DNA of 63,400 nucleotides, filler included, from Anaerolineae bacterium (GTDB taxonomy: Bacteria > Chloroflexota > Anaerolineae > Epilineales > Epilineaceae), in NCBI GenBank assembly GCA_029262755.1. It is 9 parts of 9 records of this genome, joined end to end, with 100 filler letters (N's around TTAATTAATTAA, not from the genome) between each part and the next. Parts side by side here need not be neighbours in the genome. Positions count along the whole stretch, not along the records: positions 34,094 to 44,843 come from JAJCYU010000211.1; positions 44,944 to 47,996 come from JAJCYU010000213.1; positions 48,097 to 52,909 come from JAJCYU010000214.1; 6 more parts are not named here. One strand, given 5' to 3'. The first letter of the stretch is position 1. Each line of letters opens with the position of its first letter. The position numbers and the translations under genes were made by a program. Positions 41,801 through 51,163 of the stretch are shown here, in pieces. The notes below the pieces were generated by a model, which had not been told where the DNA came from, did no database searches, and worked only from the letters and a program-made list of their open reading frames with translations.

Positions 41801-42074
41801 GACCGGCCGGCAGGAGGAAGCGGATGAACCACCCTTGGCTGAAGCGCTCTCTCCCCGCGAGCTGGAGGTCCTTCGGCTCGTCGCGGCGGGTCTGTCCAAC
41901 GCAGAGGTGGCGGAGACGCTGACGATCGCGCTTGCCACAGTGAAGCGCCACCTCACCACCGTGTACGCCAAGCTGGCGGTCGACAGCCGCACTCGCGCCG
42001 TGGCCCGCGCACACCGCCTCGGCCTCGTCGACCGGAACGAACGAAACGGAGGGGCACACGGCAGAGCAGGGTGA
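38820..42074 (+). CDS. MalT-like LuxR-family STAND transcriptional regulator
   Basis: Walker A APAGAGKTTLL; LVLDDHH; TDGWAAGL; DYLVDEV; WYRYHALF; C-terminal LSPRELEVL..GLSN..TVKRH HTH. Confidence 0.93.
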   Translation: MPPTEVAPAPHEDSPHDGRADAPRAANVPRAADAPRAADAPLLATRLSPPPTREDAVARPALVARLAEAAARGVLVLSAPAGAGKTTLLSAWAETEEHPVAWLSMAAADADPARLLAYIVAALRRATDEPVLGSEALAAMAARRQSPPRAEYEGAEQAPEPTRGAVVLLINELERRDRPIRLVLDDHHLLDGAEAWALLRRLIERRPASLSVILSGRSDPPLPLAKLRLAGGLAELRADALRFDDTEAMALFAAAGLQPEGGAVRDLVARTDGWAAGLQAASLALRQRRAGEDPAALLAGFRGSHPFVLDYLVDEVFDRQPAQIRTFLLATCILDRLSAPLCAALLAAPDVGVAFHDAPGEEGRAHENAPHGNAPHEHEPENLEPHGIESHDVAPRDVAPHDVESRDVAPHDVAPHDIATAASMLHRLERDNLFLLALDSERSWYRYHALFADLLRHRLRRSDPDAPARLHRRAMAWYDACGDAAAAVEHALAARDREAAASRIEAAATHLALLTESRTLRRWLEDLPPEWLPARPRLALARAWVALQTESVAEAERWLARADAAHRPPHDEPAAQSAHPRARDGHSDQRSTEVEGAGSVRAPEPAPAPDPDPEPADVIRDPVAGEIAALRARIAGTRGDVAATLRLGSRALRLLGDDTSTLALRIVVGNARAAALSMAGEIGRSAQSYDEAARVARGASDPSMAVGTLCVLAEIRRLAGGLRAAEGAAREAIERAYVPGGRALPAAGRAHLVLAAIAREHGDAAEAARQADRGRELAAIGGNRTSEVIASLQQALNLDAGGASDEARTLLRTAREGAAAAGATPAILRNFAVTDAWFQRSAGRTDAVRAWADEVIGRRDREIPPADASPDASDLLLARLAIDEGRPADAEALLSPLSEQALRRGSLDLWLRAQVARAVGAITLGEPERAADLLAPAIEHGAREGYHASFTREGGTLTPVLRILAARGGPTTYLGSLLDAISGADDASDTRKDPTGRQEEADEPPLAEALSPRELEVLRLVAAGLSNAEVAETLTIALATVKRHLTTVYAKLAVDSRTRAVARAHRLGLVDRNERNGGAHGRAG

Positions 42075-42224
42075 CGCGACCACGCCGACATTGTTCGGCG
42101 TTCACCACGCGCCGCATCAAGTGCCGGGCGATCCGGCTCGCGGAGCACGCGCCGAACGGTCGTCGGACAGCATCCGGCCAGATGGGCCCCGAACGATACC
42201 GGGTCACCGTGCGGCACCCGAGTT

Positions 42225-42395
42225 GCCGCACGAAACCGAGTCGCCGCACGACATCGAGTAGCGGCACGACATCGAGTAGCCGCACGACATCGAGTAGCCG
42301 CACGACATCGAGTAGCCGCACGACATCGAGTAGCCGCACGAAACCGAGTCGCCGCACGACATCGAGTAGCCGCACGACACCGAGTCGCCGCACGA
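42225..42395. repeat. 18-bp tandem repeat x9.5
   Basis: GCCGCACGACATCGAGTA / GCCGCACGAAACCGAGTC variants, contiguous, no spacers. Confidence 0.95.
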
Positions 42396-42444
42396 GTCCG
42401 ATCCGTTCGCACCACACCATCCCAGGCCGAGTAGGAGCAGCAAC

Positions 42445-42783
42445 GTGACCACACACGGATCGCAGCACAACGCCCGACATGCCGGCGACGTCCTGCCGGG
42501 TCCCGCGACGAAGGCGTGGAGCTCCCGCTATGCGCCGGTCACATGGCGCATTCGGATTCGCGGGCACATGGGCGCGGACTGGGCGGACTGGTTCGGTGGC
42601 CTCGACCTCGCATGGGACAACGAGCGCGAGCACACGGTTCTGCATGGCCCTCTGCCGGACCAAGCCGCGCTCTACGGCGTGCTGCTACGCGTACGCGATC
42701 TCGGCCTCGAGCTGGTCGCGGTGTCCAGCGAGGCCGCGTTCGCGCCGTCGAGCCGAGACGAGGACGCGACACGGTCGGCCTGA
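42445..42783 (+). CDS. Small conserved hypothetical protein typical downstream of MalT-like regulators
   Basis: AGGAG RBS; WRIRIRGH..DWADWFGGL...TVLHGPLPDQAALYGVL.RVRDLGLELV. Confidence 0.8.
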   Translation: MTTHGSQHNARHAGDVLPGPATKAWSSRYAPVTWRIRIRGHMGADWADWFGGLDLAWDNEREHTVLHGPLPDQAALYGVLLRVRDLGLELVAVSSEAAFAPSSRDEDATRSA

Positions 42784-43567
42784 AGCGCTGCAAGGCAACA
42801 ACAACCCGGGGGGGGCGATCCGACAAATCCTTCGGAGCATGGGTGGGCGACCAATGCGCTCCTTCCGCTGCCGACCGCTCGCGCTACGACCGAATGTGCC
42901 CCCGACCGCCCGCGTCCCGATTGCGCGCGTCTGGACCGATTCGCCTGCCGTCCGGTCGCATTCCGACCGTTTTCGTAGCCAATAGAGTCGCACTCCGGCC
43001 CATTTCTCTGCGCCTCGGACTCGTTGCCGGCTCGCCGCTGACGCTCTTGGCCGACCACCATCGACCGACATGGAGAGGGGCCAAACGCGTAGCGTTCGGC
43101 CCCGACTCCGGTGTGAGGAGGAGTGCCCCGGTCGGCCCTGCTCGAACGACCGGATGCGTGCCTAGCATACGTGCCGCGCCGCCCCGTAGGGCGTCGCTTC
43201 CCGTGCGCCTTCCCAACGCTCACCCCACGCCTTCCCGCCGGGCGCACCGACCGTGTGCGATACCAGCGATCAGATTACCTTGGCCGGCGAGGGGGGATCG
43301 CGACGCACCGCCACAGCGACCCGCCCGGACCTACGTCGCGCCACCATTCGATGCACGTCGCGGCACCCAGGTCGCGGCGCGGTCCGACGCACGTGGCGGC
43401 ACGCGACGCGCGCTGCGGATCCACACCCAAGCGCCGCCCCAAGCGCCGCGCGGCCCCGACCTCCAAGCGCGGTCGTCCGCCTCGCCAACAACCCACACCG
43501 TGCGGCACGACGCTTCCCTCTGCGCTCTTTACGCCCACTGCACCCACTACGCCCACTACGCCGCCCG

Positions 43568-44843
43568 CTACGCGCTCGTGTCCTGCTCCTGCGTCGTCGC
43601 GGGGCCCGCGTCGTGGGGCAAGCTGCCGTAGGGGGCGCGGAAATAGGCGAAGGGTGTGGCGCGGCCGAAGTTGGACACCCGGCTGGTGTAAAGGTCGGCG
43701 TGCTGCTCGACGTGGCGTGCGAGCGCGCTCTTGTCCTTGCCGGTACGCAAGATCGGCCCCCACCGCGGGTTGCCCAAAGCATTGGCCGCCGTGGCAAGCG
43801 GCGCGATGCGCGCGTCGAGCGCACGTAGATCCGCGCGGAGCGCGGCCATGCGTCGGGCGGATGCGTCCCGGCCTTCAAGATCTCGGCCATCATGCTCGTC
43901 CGGCTCGGCCCGGTTCGTGTCCCCACGCCCTCCGTCCAGTACACCGCCATCGATCTCGTCTGCCGCGTCCGATCCCTTCGCGCAGCCGCCGACCGTCGCG
44001 TCGTGTGCGCCGACAGCGGGGTCGCCTTCCACCCCCGCGCTCCGCTGCGCGTTCGAACGCTGCACCGCGAGGCGCTCGCGCGAAAGCAACCGCTCGAGCT
44101 GTTCCTTGCGGGCCATGAGCGCCGCCAGCTCGTCTTGTTTGGGCGCAAAGCCTTCCAACGCAGTGATCTCGTCCTCCAGCTCGCGCAGGATGAGCGCGGT
44201 GCGCCAGCGGCGCAGACCCTTCGAGGGGCGGACATCGCCGTACATATGGTCGCCGACGTAGAGGACCTCGCTTCCGTCTACGCCGAAGAGGCGCTCAACC
44301 ATGGAAGCGTTACCGCCCAGCCATACGCCGGGCTGGTCGATGCCGGCGTGGCTGGCGCGGAGTAGGCCCTCGCCTTCTTCGCGGTCCACGGCGAAGGCGG
44401 GCAGACGCTCGGACTCGAAGAAGTCCGGCTTGCGCGACGAGACCACGACCAGATCGAAGAGCTCGCGCCAGGTCATGTCGCCAGGCAGGTACGGGTCGAT
44501 GGCGTGGCCGAGCATGAACCGGGTATAGGACCATTCCGAGTTGGTGATCACCGCCAACTTGAGCCCCGCGTCGCGCTGATCGAGCAGGGTCGTGGCGACC
44601 GCGGGCTCGGACTCCACGAAGCGCGTTGGGTCGGCCATGATCTCGGCCTTCAACCGACCTTCCATGTGGGCTTCGTCCAGGGCGCCGCGCACGGTCTCGT
44701 ACAGCTCGCGGTAGCCGAAGCCACCCTCTACGGGCAACTGACCCTCGTCCAGTCGGTCGACGAGCATCGCGAACATCGTGGCTTCCGAGAGCGAGAAGAG
44801 GGTGTTGAGCGACGCGAATCGCGGCGCGTCGCCATCGACCACC
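43568..44843 (-). CDS. HAD-IG family 5'-nucleotidase (cN-II-like), 5' truncated
   Basis: LNTLFSLSE; ITNSEWSYT; SSRKPDFF; LYVGDHMYGDV; WRTALILRELE; ADLYTSRVSNF. Confidence 0.9.
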
Positions 44844-44944
44844 NNNNNNNNNNNNNNNNNNNNNNNNNNNNNNNNNNNNNNNNNNNNTTAATTAATTAAN
44901 NNNNNNNNNNNNNNNNNNNNNNNNNNNNNNNNNNNNNNNNNNNC

Positions 44945-46288
44945 CCGCGTTCGTTCACGGCACGCGACGGAGCGCTGACGTTCACGGCTTCGGGCGATGT
45001 GTTCGAGGTGACGGGTCTGCAGACGGACGACGTGGTGGTGCTGCGGCACCGGCACGGGGACGTGGTGGAGCTGACGGGCGCCGAACTGCGCGCGGGCGAC
45101 GAGGCTGGAACGTTCACGGCGCGCTTCGCGGGCCTGGCGGACGCGGCGACGTACACGGTGGCCGAGCGGAGCACGCTCGCTGCGCCGGCATCGATCGCGG
45201 CGTCGCGACGGGTGACGCAGGCGCAACTGCTCGCGGACGAGGCCGATTACGTGGCGATCGCGCACGGCTCGTTCGTGGACGGACTGGACGAGCTGGTGGC
45301 GGCGCGTGAGGCGGAAGGCCTGCGCGTGAAGGTGGTGGATGTAGCGGATGTGTACGGCGCGTACGGGCACGGGCAGTTCGGCGCGGAGCCGATCCGGGCG
45401 TACGTGGCGGCGGCGCACGAGCAGCTGGGCACGCAGTACGTGCTGCTGGTGGGCGGCGACACCTATGACTACCGCGACCGGTTGGCGCTCGGCTCGATGA
45501 GCTTCGTCCCATCGCCGTACGCGGCGACGGGCGAGTTGATCCGGCACGCGCCGGTGGACCCGCTGTACGGCGACGTGGACGGGGACGGAGCACCGGAGGT
45601 GGCTGTCGGTCGCTTCCCGGTGCGCACGACCGTGGAACTGGCGAACGTGGTAGCGAAGACGCTGGCCTACGGGCGGAAGGACTACGGACGTACGGCCGTG
45701 TTCGCGGCGGATGCGGTGGACCGAGGCGTGAGCTACGCGCAGGAGGCGGAAGGGTTCGCGGCGGAGCTGCCGGGCGATTGGACGGTGGCGCGGGCGTACC
45801 TGGACGAGGAAGGCGGCGTGGCGAGCGCACGGGCGACGTTGCTGCGGTCGATCGAAGAGGGCGTGGCGTTGGTGAGCTACGCGGGCCACTCGCAAGCAGA
45901 CGCGTGGGGCTTCCAGGGCCTGTTCGACGGCGGAGACGCAGCGGCGCTGAACAACGCGGGCCGGCCGACGGTGGTGAGCCAGTGGGGTTGTTGGAACACG
46001 TACCACGTGGCGCCGCGCTACGACACGATGGGGCACCAGCTGCTGCTCTCGGACGACCGAGGCGCCGCCGCGGTGCTCGGCTCGGCGACGTTGTCGCGCT
46101 CGGACGCCAACGTCCGTTTGGGCGAGATCGTGACGCCGCGGCTGACCGAGTCCGGCACGACGCTTGGCGCGGCGGTGGTGTCCGCCAAGCGAGACTTGGC
46201 GGCGACCCATCCAGGCGACCTTGACGTAATCCTCGGCTGGACGCTCTTGGGCGACCCGGCCCTGACGATCGATCGAGAGACCCGCTGA
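44945..46288 (+). CDS. C25 family (gingipain-like) cysteine peptidase, 5' truncated
   Basis: YVLLVGG; D..YGD.DGDG.PEVAVGRFP; catalytic His in SYAGHS and Cys in QWGCWN; C-terminal WTLLGDPAL. Confidence 0.9.
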   Translation, partial: PRSFTARDGALTFTASGDVFEVTGLQTDDVVVLRHRHGDVVELTGAELRAGDEAGTFTARFAGLADAATYTVAERSTLAAPASIAASRRVTQAQLLADEADYVAIAHGSFVDGLDELVAAREAEGLRVKVVDVADVYGAYGHGQFGAEPIRAYVAAAHEQLGTQYVLLVGGDTYDYRDRLALGSMSFVPSPYAATGELIRHAPVDPLYGDVDGDGAPEVAVGRFPVRTTVELANVVAKTLAYGRKDYGRTAVFAADAVDRGVSYAQEAEGFAAELPGDWTVARAYLDEEGGVASARATLLRSIEEGVALVSYAGHSQADAWGFQGLFDGGDAAALNNAGRPTVVSQWGCWNTYHVAPRYDTMGHQLLLSDDRGAAAVLGSATLSRSDANVRLGEIVTPRLTESGTTLGAAVVSAKRDLAATHPGDLDVILGWTLLGDPALTIDRETR

Positions 46289-46431
46289 TGTCCATCCAAC
46301 AATCCGGTGTCGGAACAACGAACGACCACGATCCACAAACACGACGACGCGGCGCCGAGGACGCCGTACGATCCACCATCCAGCGCTCCGCCGTGAGCAT
46401 GGACAAGATGCGAGGGGGAGGTCTACACGGG

Positions 46432-46605
46432 ATGGTGGATCGAGCGGCGTCCTCGGGCCGCAGAGACTACGCCGCACCGAAGCTGCGCAGTCTTGGCGAT
46501 ATCCGCGACGTCACGTTGGGTGGTTCGCCCGGAATGGGCGACACGCAGAATCCGATGACCGAGGGCAACATACCGTTCTACGGAGACTACATCGTCATGC
46601 CCTGA
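46432..46605 (+). CDS. Lasso peptide precursor (57 aa: 29-aa leader, 28-aa core)
   Basis: GGAGG RBS; leader ..YAAPKLRSLGDIRDVTL; core GGSPGMGD-TQNPMTEGNIPFYGDYIVMP; adjacent to cyclase. Alternative start at 46288. Confidence 0.85.
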   Translation: MVDRAASSGRRDYAAPKLRSLGDIRDVTLGGSPGMGDTQNPMTEGNIPFYGDYIVMP

Positions 46606-46767
46606 GCAGTGGCCGCACCTGGATACGTCTAACGTGCGCGGTCTAGAGGGCTATCCTCTCCCCGTGACCGCGCCGCCCTCTCCCTGCAGCCGATCGGTTC
46701 ATCCACGTCTTCGCGACGGGATGGGCCGGTCGGCCCATTGTATGGGCAACGACCGCGGCGACGTCGT

Positions 46768-47996
46768 ATGACCGGTATCGTGGCCATGTTGCCGTGTGGG
46801 GGCTCGCCCGCGACGGAGGTGGAGCTCAGGCCCATGGTGGCTGCGCTAGGACACCTGGGCGCCGGCGATCCGGTGATGCGCTGTGGGGCGGGCGCTGCGG
46901 TGGGCGTCGTACCGTTTCCCGCCGACGATTCCACGCAGCAGGCAGGACCGCCGCTGGCCGCCGACGTGCACGGCACGCTGATCCTGGCCTTCGACGGGCG
47001 CCTGGATGATCGGCCGGGGCTGTGGTCATCGCTGAGCCTGACCGAACGCGAGCGTGCAGGGTCCCTCCTAGCGGAAATCGGTCGCTCCGCAGAGCGAAGG
47101 GCAAACTCGGACGCGGCGCTCGTGCATGCCCTGTGGCGTACGCTTGGCGCCGAAGAGACCCTCCGGAGGCTACGCGGCCCGTTTGCGCTGCTCGCGTTCG
47201 AGCTTCAGGCGCGGCGTGTCGTGTTGGCCCGCGATCCGATGGGAACGCGCGGCTTGTCCTTCGGTGTGCACGCCCATCGATTGGTCGTGGCCAGCGACGC
47301 CTCGGCGGTTGCAGCGGCCGAGGGGGTTGAGGGCCGGTTGGACGAGCGCACCATGGCCCATTTCTTTGCGCTCCGGGTACCGGAGGACGGTGCGACCTTT
47401 TTCCGGGGCGTGCGGGACGTGCGGCCGGGCGAGGTGCTTTCCATGGCGCTCGACAGGACGGTTGATGTGACGTCATTCGCTCCGCTTTGCGTCCTTGATT
47501 CCGTGTCGGGCGGCACGTTCAACGAGCCGCGTTCGCCCCAGGAAGACCATATGCTGCACCAGCTGCTACGAGAGCGGTTGCGCGAGGCTGTGCGCGTGCG
47601 GCTCGCGGGCACGGGTGGCGACGCCGTGGCCGTCGAAGGGCGGCATCCGGAGTTCCGCAGCCGCACGGGGGTCACCCTGAGCGGTGGTTTGGACTCGAGC
47701 GCCGTCGCGGCCCTCGCCGTGGATCTTGTGTGGCCTTCCGCGGTGGAGGCCTTCTCGTACGTGTTCGACGAGCTGGTGTCGGCCGACGAGCGACCGTGGA
47801 TGGACGCCCTCATCGCGCGCCTCGGAATCCAGGCGACGCGCGTACCGGCCGATGGGCTGTGGCCATTGCGTGACCGAACAGATTGGGGTGGGTACAGGGG
47901 GGGACCGGAGCGATCGCCCTACCAGGCGCCTATGGACGCGGTTTATGCGGCGGCGGTGTCGGCTGGCATACCCGTGATGTTGGCCGGGGCGTTCGG
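46768..47996 (+). CDS. Lasso cyclase (asparagine synthetase-like), 3' truncated
   Basis: MTGI instead of MCGI; FDGRLD; SDA.LV; GPFA; LARDPMG; LSGGLDSS; next to lasso precursor. Confidence 0.85.
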
Positions 47997-48096
47997 NNNN
48001 NNNNNNNNNNNNNNNNNNNNNNNNNNNNNNNNNNNNNNNNTTAATTAATTAANNNNNNNNNNNNNNNNNNNNNNNNNNNNNNNNNNNNNNNNNNNN

Positions 48097-48238
48097 AGAT
48101 CGTCGTGCCGAAGGGCCAGAAGCGCTCGGCGGTGCGGCTGGTGGTCGCCGACGACGCAGCAGCGTGGGCGGAGCCGGGTGATTGCGCGGGCGAGATCGCG
48201 CTCTCGCTCGCGCCCGTCGCGGGCGTCGCCGCGCTCAT
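48097..48238 (-). CDS. 5' fragment of a gene coupled to thiD
   Basis: ATGA overlap with thiD stop; runs into the spacer. Confidence 0.4.
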
Positions 48239-49149
48239 GCGGACGGCTCCGCGAGCGGCGCGCCGTTGCGGCCGGGCGGAGCGCCCGCGGTGGGCTCGAT
48301 GTCCGCCTCCGGATCGCTGATCTCCAGCGTGTCGCGCAAGGCCCACGCGTGGTCGACGGGGCCGTGGCCGGCGCCCAGGTGCATTGAGGCCGCGGCGCGG
48401 ATCGCGCCGTCCAAGTAGCGCTTCGCGCGGTCGACGGCGTGCGGCAGGTCCGCGCCCTTCGCGAGTTCCGCGGCGATCGCGGAGGCAAAGGTGCAGCCCG
48501 TCCCGTGGGTATTGCCCGTGGTGACCCGACGCGCGCGGAAATCGTAGTAGCCCTCGCCGTCGAAGAGCACGTCGACGGCATCTTCGTCTTCGTCCAGATG
48601 CCCGCCCTTGATCACCGCCGCGGCCGCGCCGAGCGCCACGAAGGCGCGTGCGGCCACGCGCATATCGTCCAACGTGCGCACCGGGCGCCCGAGCAGCGCG
48701 GAGGCCTCGTGCAGGTTGGGCGTCACCACGCGGGCCAGCGGGATCATCCGCTCGCGCATCGCGTCGCGCGCGTCATCGGCCAAGAGCAGGTCGCCGCTCT
48801 TGGCGATCATTACGGGGTCGACGACGAGGTTCGTCACGCCGTGAGCCTCGAGCCCGTCCGCCACGGCATGGATGGTGGCCGCGTCGACGAGCATGCCCGT
48901 CTTCACCGCGTCGAAGCCGATGTCCTCGAACACGCTGTCGAGCTGGCGTCGGATGAACTCCGGCGCGATGGGCAGCACGCCCTGCACGCCGACGGTGTTC
49001 TGCGCGGTCAGCGCCGTCAGCACGCTCGCGCCGTACACACCGCGCGCCTGGAAGGTCTTGAGGTCGGCCTGGATACCCGCGCCACCGCCGGAATCGGAGC
49101 CGGCGATCGTCAGCGCGGTCGGGGTCAACACGGTCGGGTCGGAGATCAC
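48235..49149 (-). CDS. thiD: Hydroxymethylpyrimidine/phosphomethylpyrimidine kinase
   Basis: [49 protein letters not shown]. Confidence 0.97.
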   Translation of the reverse strand: MISDPTVLTPTALTIAGSDSGGGAGIQADLKTFQARGVYGASVLTALTAQNTVGVQGVLPIAPEFIRRQLDSVFEDIGFDAVKTGMLVDAATIHAVADGLEAHGVTNLVVDPVMIAKSGDLLLADDARDAMRERMIPLARVVTPNLHEASALLGRPVRTLDDMRVAARAFVALGAAAAVIKGGHLDEDEDAVDVLFDGEGYYDFRARRVTTGNTHGTGCTFASAIAAELAKGADLPHAVDRAKRYLDGAIRAAASMHLGAGHGPVDHAWALRDTLEISDPEADIEPTAGAPPGRNGAPLAEPSA

Positions 49150-49211
49150 GTTCCCATCCTGGTCGGGTCGCGGGGCGGCGGGGGGGGGTGAGGCAGAGGG
49201 TGTGGATCAGA

Positions 49212-50141
49212 TCAGAGGGTGGTCGATGAATGGTTGGTCGAGTCCGGCGTTTGGATCGACGTTGCCGTCGAAGTCGAGCCTGCCGATGCATACGGCGCGG
49301 GGCCGGTCGAAGCCGCGACGGCCATCGTGGCCGTCGCATTCGTCACCCCCGCCTCCCCGCGCGCCCCGATCGCCGCATCCACCGCCGCGCGCAACGCGCG
49401 GGCCGCGGCGGCCGGGTCGGGGGCGCCGGTGATCGCGGAGACGACGGCGACGCCCGAGGCACCCGCGGCGATCGCGTCGGGCGCGTTGCTTTCGTTCACG
49501 CCGCCGATGGCCACGATCGGCAGTGCGGTCGCCCGCGCGACCGCGGCCAGGCCGTGCAAGCCGATCGGGGCGTCGGCGTCGGGCTTCGTGCGCGTGCCGA
49601 AGACGTCGCCCGTGCCGAGATAGCTGGCCCCGCGACGCGCAGCCGGCGCGGCCTCTGCCGGGCTGCCGGCCGAGTAGCCGATGATCGCGCTGGGTCCGAG
49701 CAAGGTGCGCGCGGCCTCGACGGCCAGGTCGCCGGGACCGAGGTGTACGCCGTCCGCGCCGACCGCGGCGGCCACGTCGGCGCGGTCGTTGATCAGCAGC
49801 GGGACGCCCGCCGGGCGCGTGATCGGCAGCAGGGCGCGCGCGAAGGCGACGAGATCGCGCGTGGGGCGATCCTTCGCCCGTAGCTGCAGCATCGTCGCCC
49901 CGCCTTCGATTGCGGCGCGTGCGAGGCTGACGAGCGCGGCCACCTCGTCACGCGGCGGCTCGGGGCCGAATTCGTCGAGTGACGTTGCGGGCTCCGCAGC
50001 AGGCTGCGCTGCAGGCGGCGCAGCTTGCGGCGGGCCAACGAGCACGTAGAGGCGCAGGTCGAAGTGGATCGAATCGGACACGCGAGGATCGACGTTGGAT
50101 CCCGCCCCGGATCCCTCCGCCGCATCCGCGCGCTCAGCCAT
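49212..50141 (-). CDS. thiE: Thiamine-phosphate synthase
   Basis: [34 protein letters not shown]. Confidence 0.95.
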   Translation of the reverse strand: MAERADAAEGSGAGSNVDPRVSDSIHFDLRLYVLVGPPQAAPPAAQPAAEPATSLDEFGPEPPRDEVAALVSLARAAIEGGATMLQLRAKDRPTRDLVAFARALLPITRPAGVPLLINDRADVAAAVGADGVHLGPGDLAVEAARTLLGPSAIIGYSAGSPAEAAPAARRGASYLGTGDVFGTRTKPDADAPIGLHGLAAVARATALPIVAIGGVNESNAPDAIAAGASGVAVVSAITGAPDPAAAARALRAAVDAAIGARGEAGVTNATATMAVAASTGPAPYASAGSTSTATSIQTPDSTNHSSTTL

Positions 50142-51147
50142 GGTCGGCGTGTTCGCGAGCGTGCTTGCCGCGTGAGGCGTCCTCGACGCCCCAGCGATCG
50201 CGGACCAGGTAGAGCGGGCGGCCCTTGACCTCGCGGTAGATGCGGCCCAGGTATTCGCCCAGGACGCCGAGGCTGATCAGCTGGACGCCGCCGAGGAAGA
50301 GTACCGCAACCATGAGCGATGCATAGCCCGGCGCATCGGGGTCGGTGCCGCGGATGACCAGCACCATGGCCAGGGCGAGGGCCACCAGCGAAACCACCAC
50401 GCCGACGTAGCTCCAAATGCGCAGCGGCACGGTCGAGAAGGAGGTGATGCCCTCCAACGCGAAGTTCCACAGGCGCCAGTAATTCCAGGTCGTGTTGCCG
50501 TGCAGGCGGGGATCGCGGTCGTAGGAGACCTCGGCCTGTCGGAAGCCGACCCACGCGAAGAGGCCTTTCATGAAGCGGTTGCGCTCGGGCAGGTCCTTCA
50601 GCGCCTCGACGACGCGTCGGTCCATGAGGCGGAAGTCCCCCGTGTCGCGCGGGATCGGCACCTCGCTCACGCGATCGATAACGCGGTAGAACACGTTGGC
50701 CGTGGCGCGCTTCACCCAGCTCTCGCCCTGGCGCGAGCGCCGGCGGGCGTACACCACGTCGTAGCCCTCCCGCCAACGCGTGACGAGCTCGCCGATGACC
50801 TCCGGTGGGTCCTGCAGATCGGCGTCGATCGGCACGACGGCGTCGCCACGCGCGTGATCGATGCCGGCCGTCAGCGCGACCTCCTTGCCGAAGTTACGCG
50901 CCAAGCCGACCACCACGATGGCCGGGTTGCGATGATGATGCGCCTCGAGATCGGCGAGCGTGTTATCCCGGCTGCCGTCATCGACACACACGATCTCGTA
51001 GGTCTCGCCCAGAGCGTCGAGCGCCGTCTCGAGACGCGAGAAGAGGATGTCGAGGTTGCTCGACTCGTTGTAGCAGGGCACCACGACGGAGAGGACGGGC
51101 ACCGGACCGGTGACCCCGTGGCCCGCGTGGGTCCCCTTCTCGCTCAT
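50134..51147 (-). CDS. GT2 polyprenyl-phosphate glycosyltransferase (GtrB/ArnC-like)
   Basis: SVVVPCYNE; DDGSRD; RNFGKE.ALTAG; DADLQDPP; GDFRL; two C-terminal TMs; GEYLGRIY.EVK.RP. Confidence 0.93.
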   Translation of the reverse strand: MSEKGTHAGHGVTGPVPVLSVVVPCYNESSNLDILFSRLETALDALGETYEIVCVDDGSRDNTLADLEAHHHRNPAIVVVGLARNFGKEVALTAGIDHARGDAVVPIDADLQDPPEVIGELVTRWREGYDVVYARRRSRQGESWVKRATANVFYRVIDRVSEVPIPRDTGDFRLMDRRVVEALKDLPERNRFMKGLFAWVGFRQAEVSYDRDPRLHGNTTWNYWRLWNFALEGITSFSTVPLRIWSYVGVVVSLVALALAMVLVIRGTDPDAPGYASLMVAVLFLGGVQLISLGVLGEYLGRIYREVKGRPLYLVRDRWGVEDASRGKHAREHADHG

Positions 51148-51163
51148 CGGCACGTCCTCCGCG

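Noticed and set aside
42225..42395. Possible CRISPR array
   Set aside because: Contiguous 18-bp units with no unique spacers and no cas genes
42790..43560. Long ORFs or ncRNA in the gap after the small gene
   Set aside because: Arg/Pro-rich shadow ORFs typical of high GC; no recognisable RNA motif
46768..47996. Housekeeping asparagine synthetase asnB
   Set aside because: Lacks the N-terminal catalytic Cys and sits next to a lasso precursor
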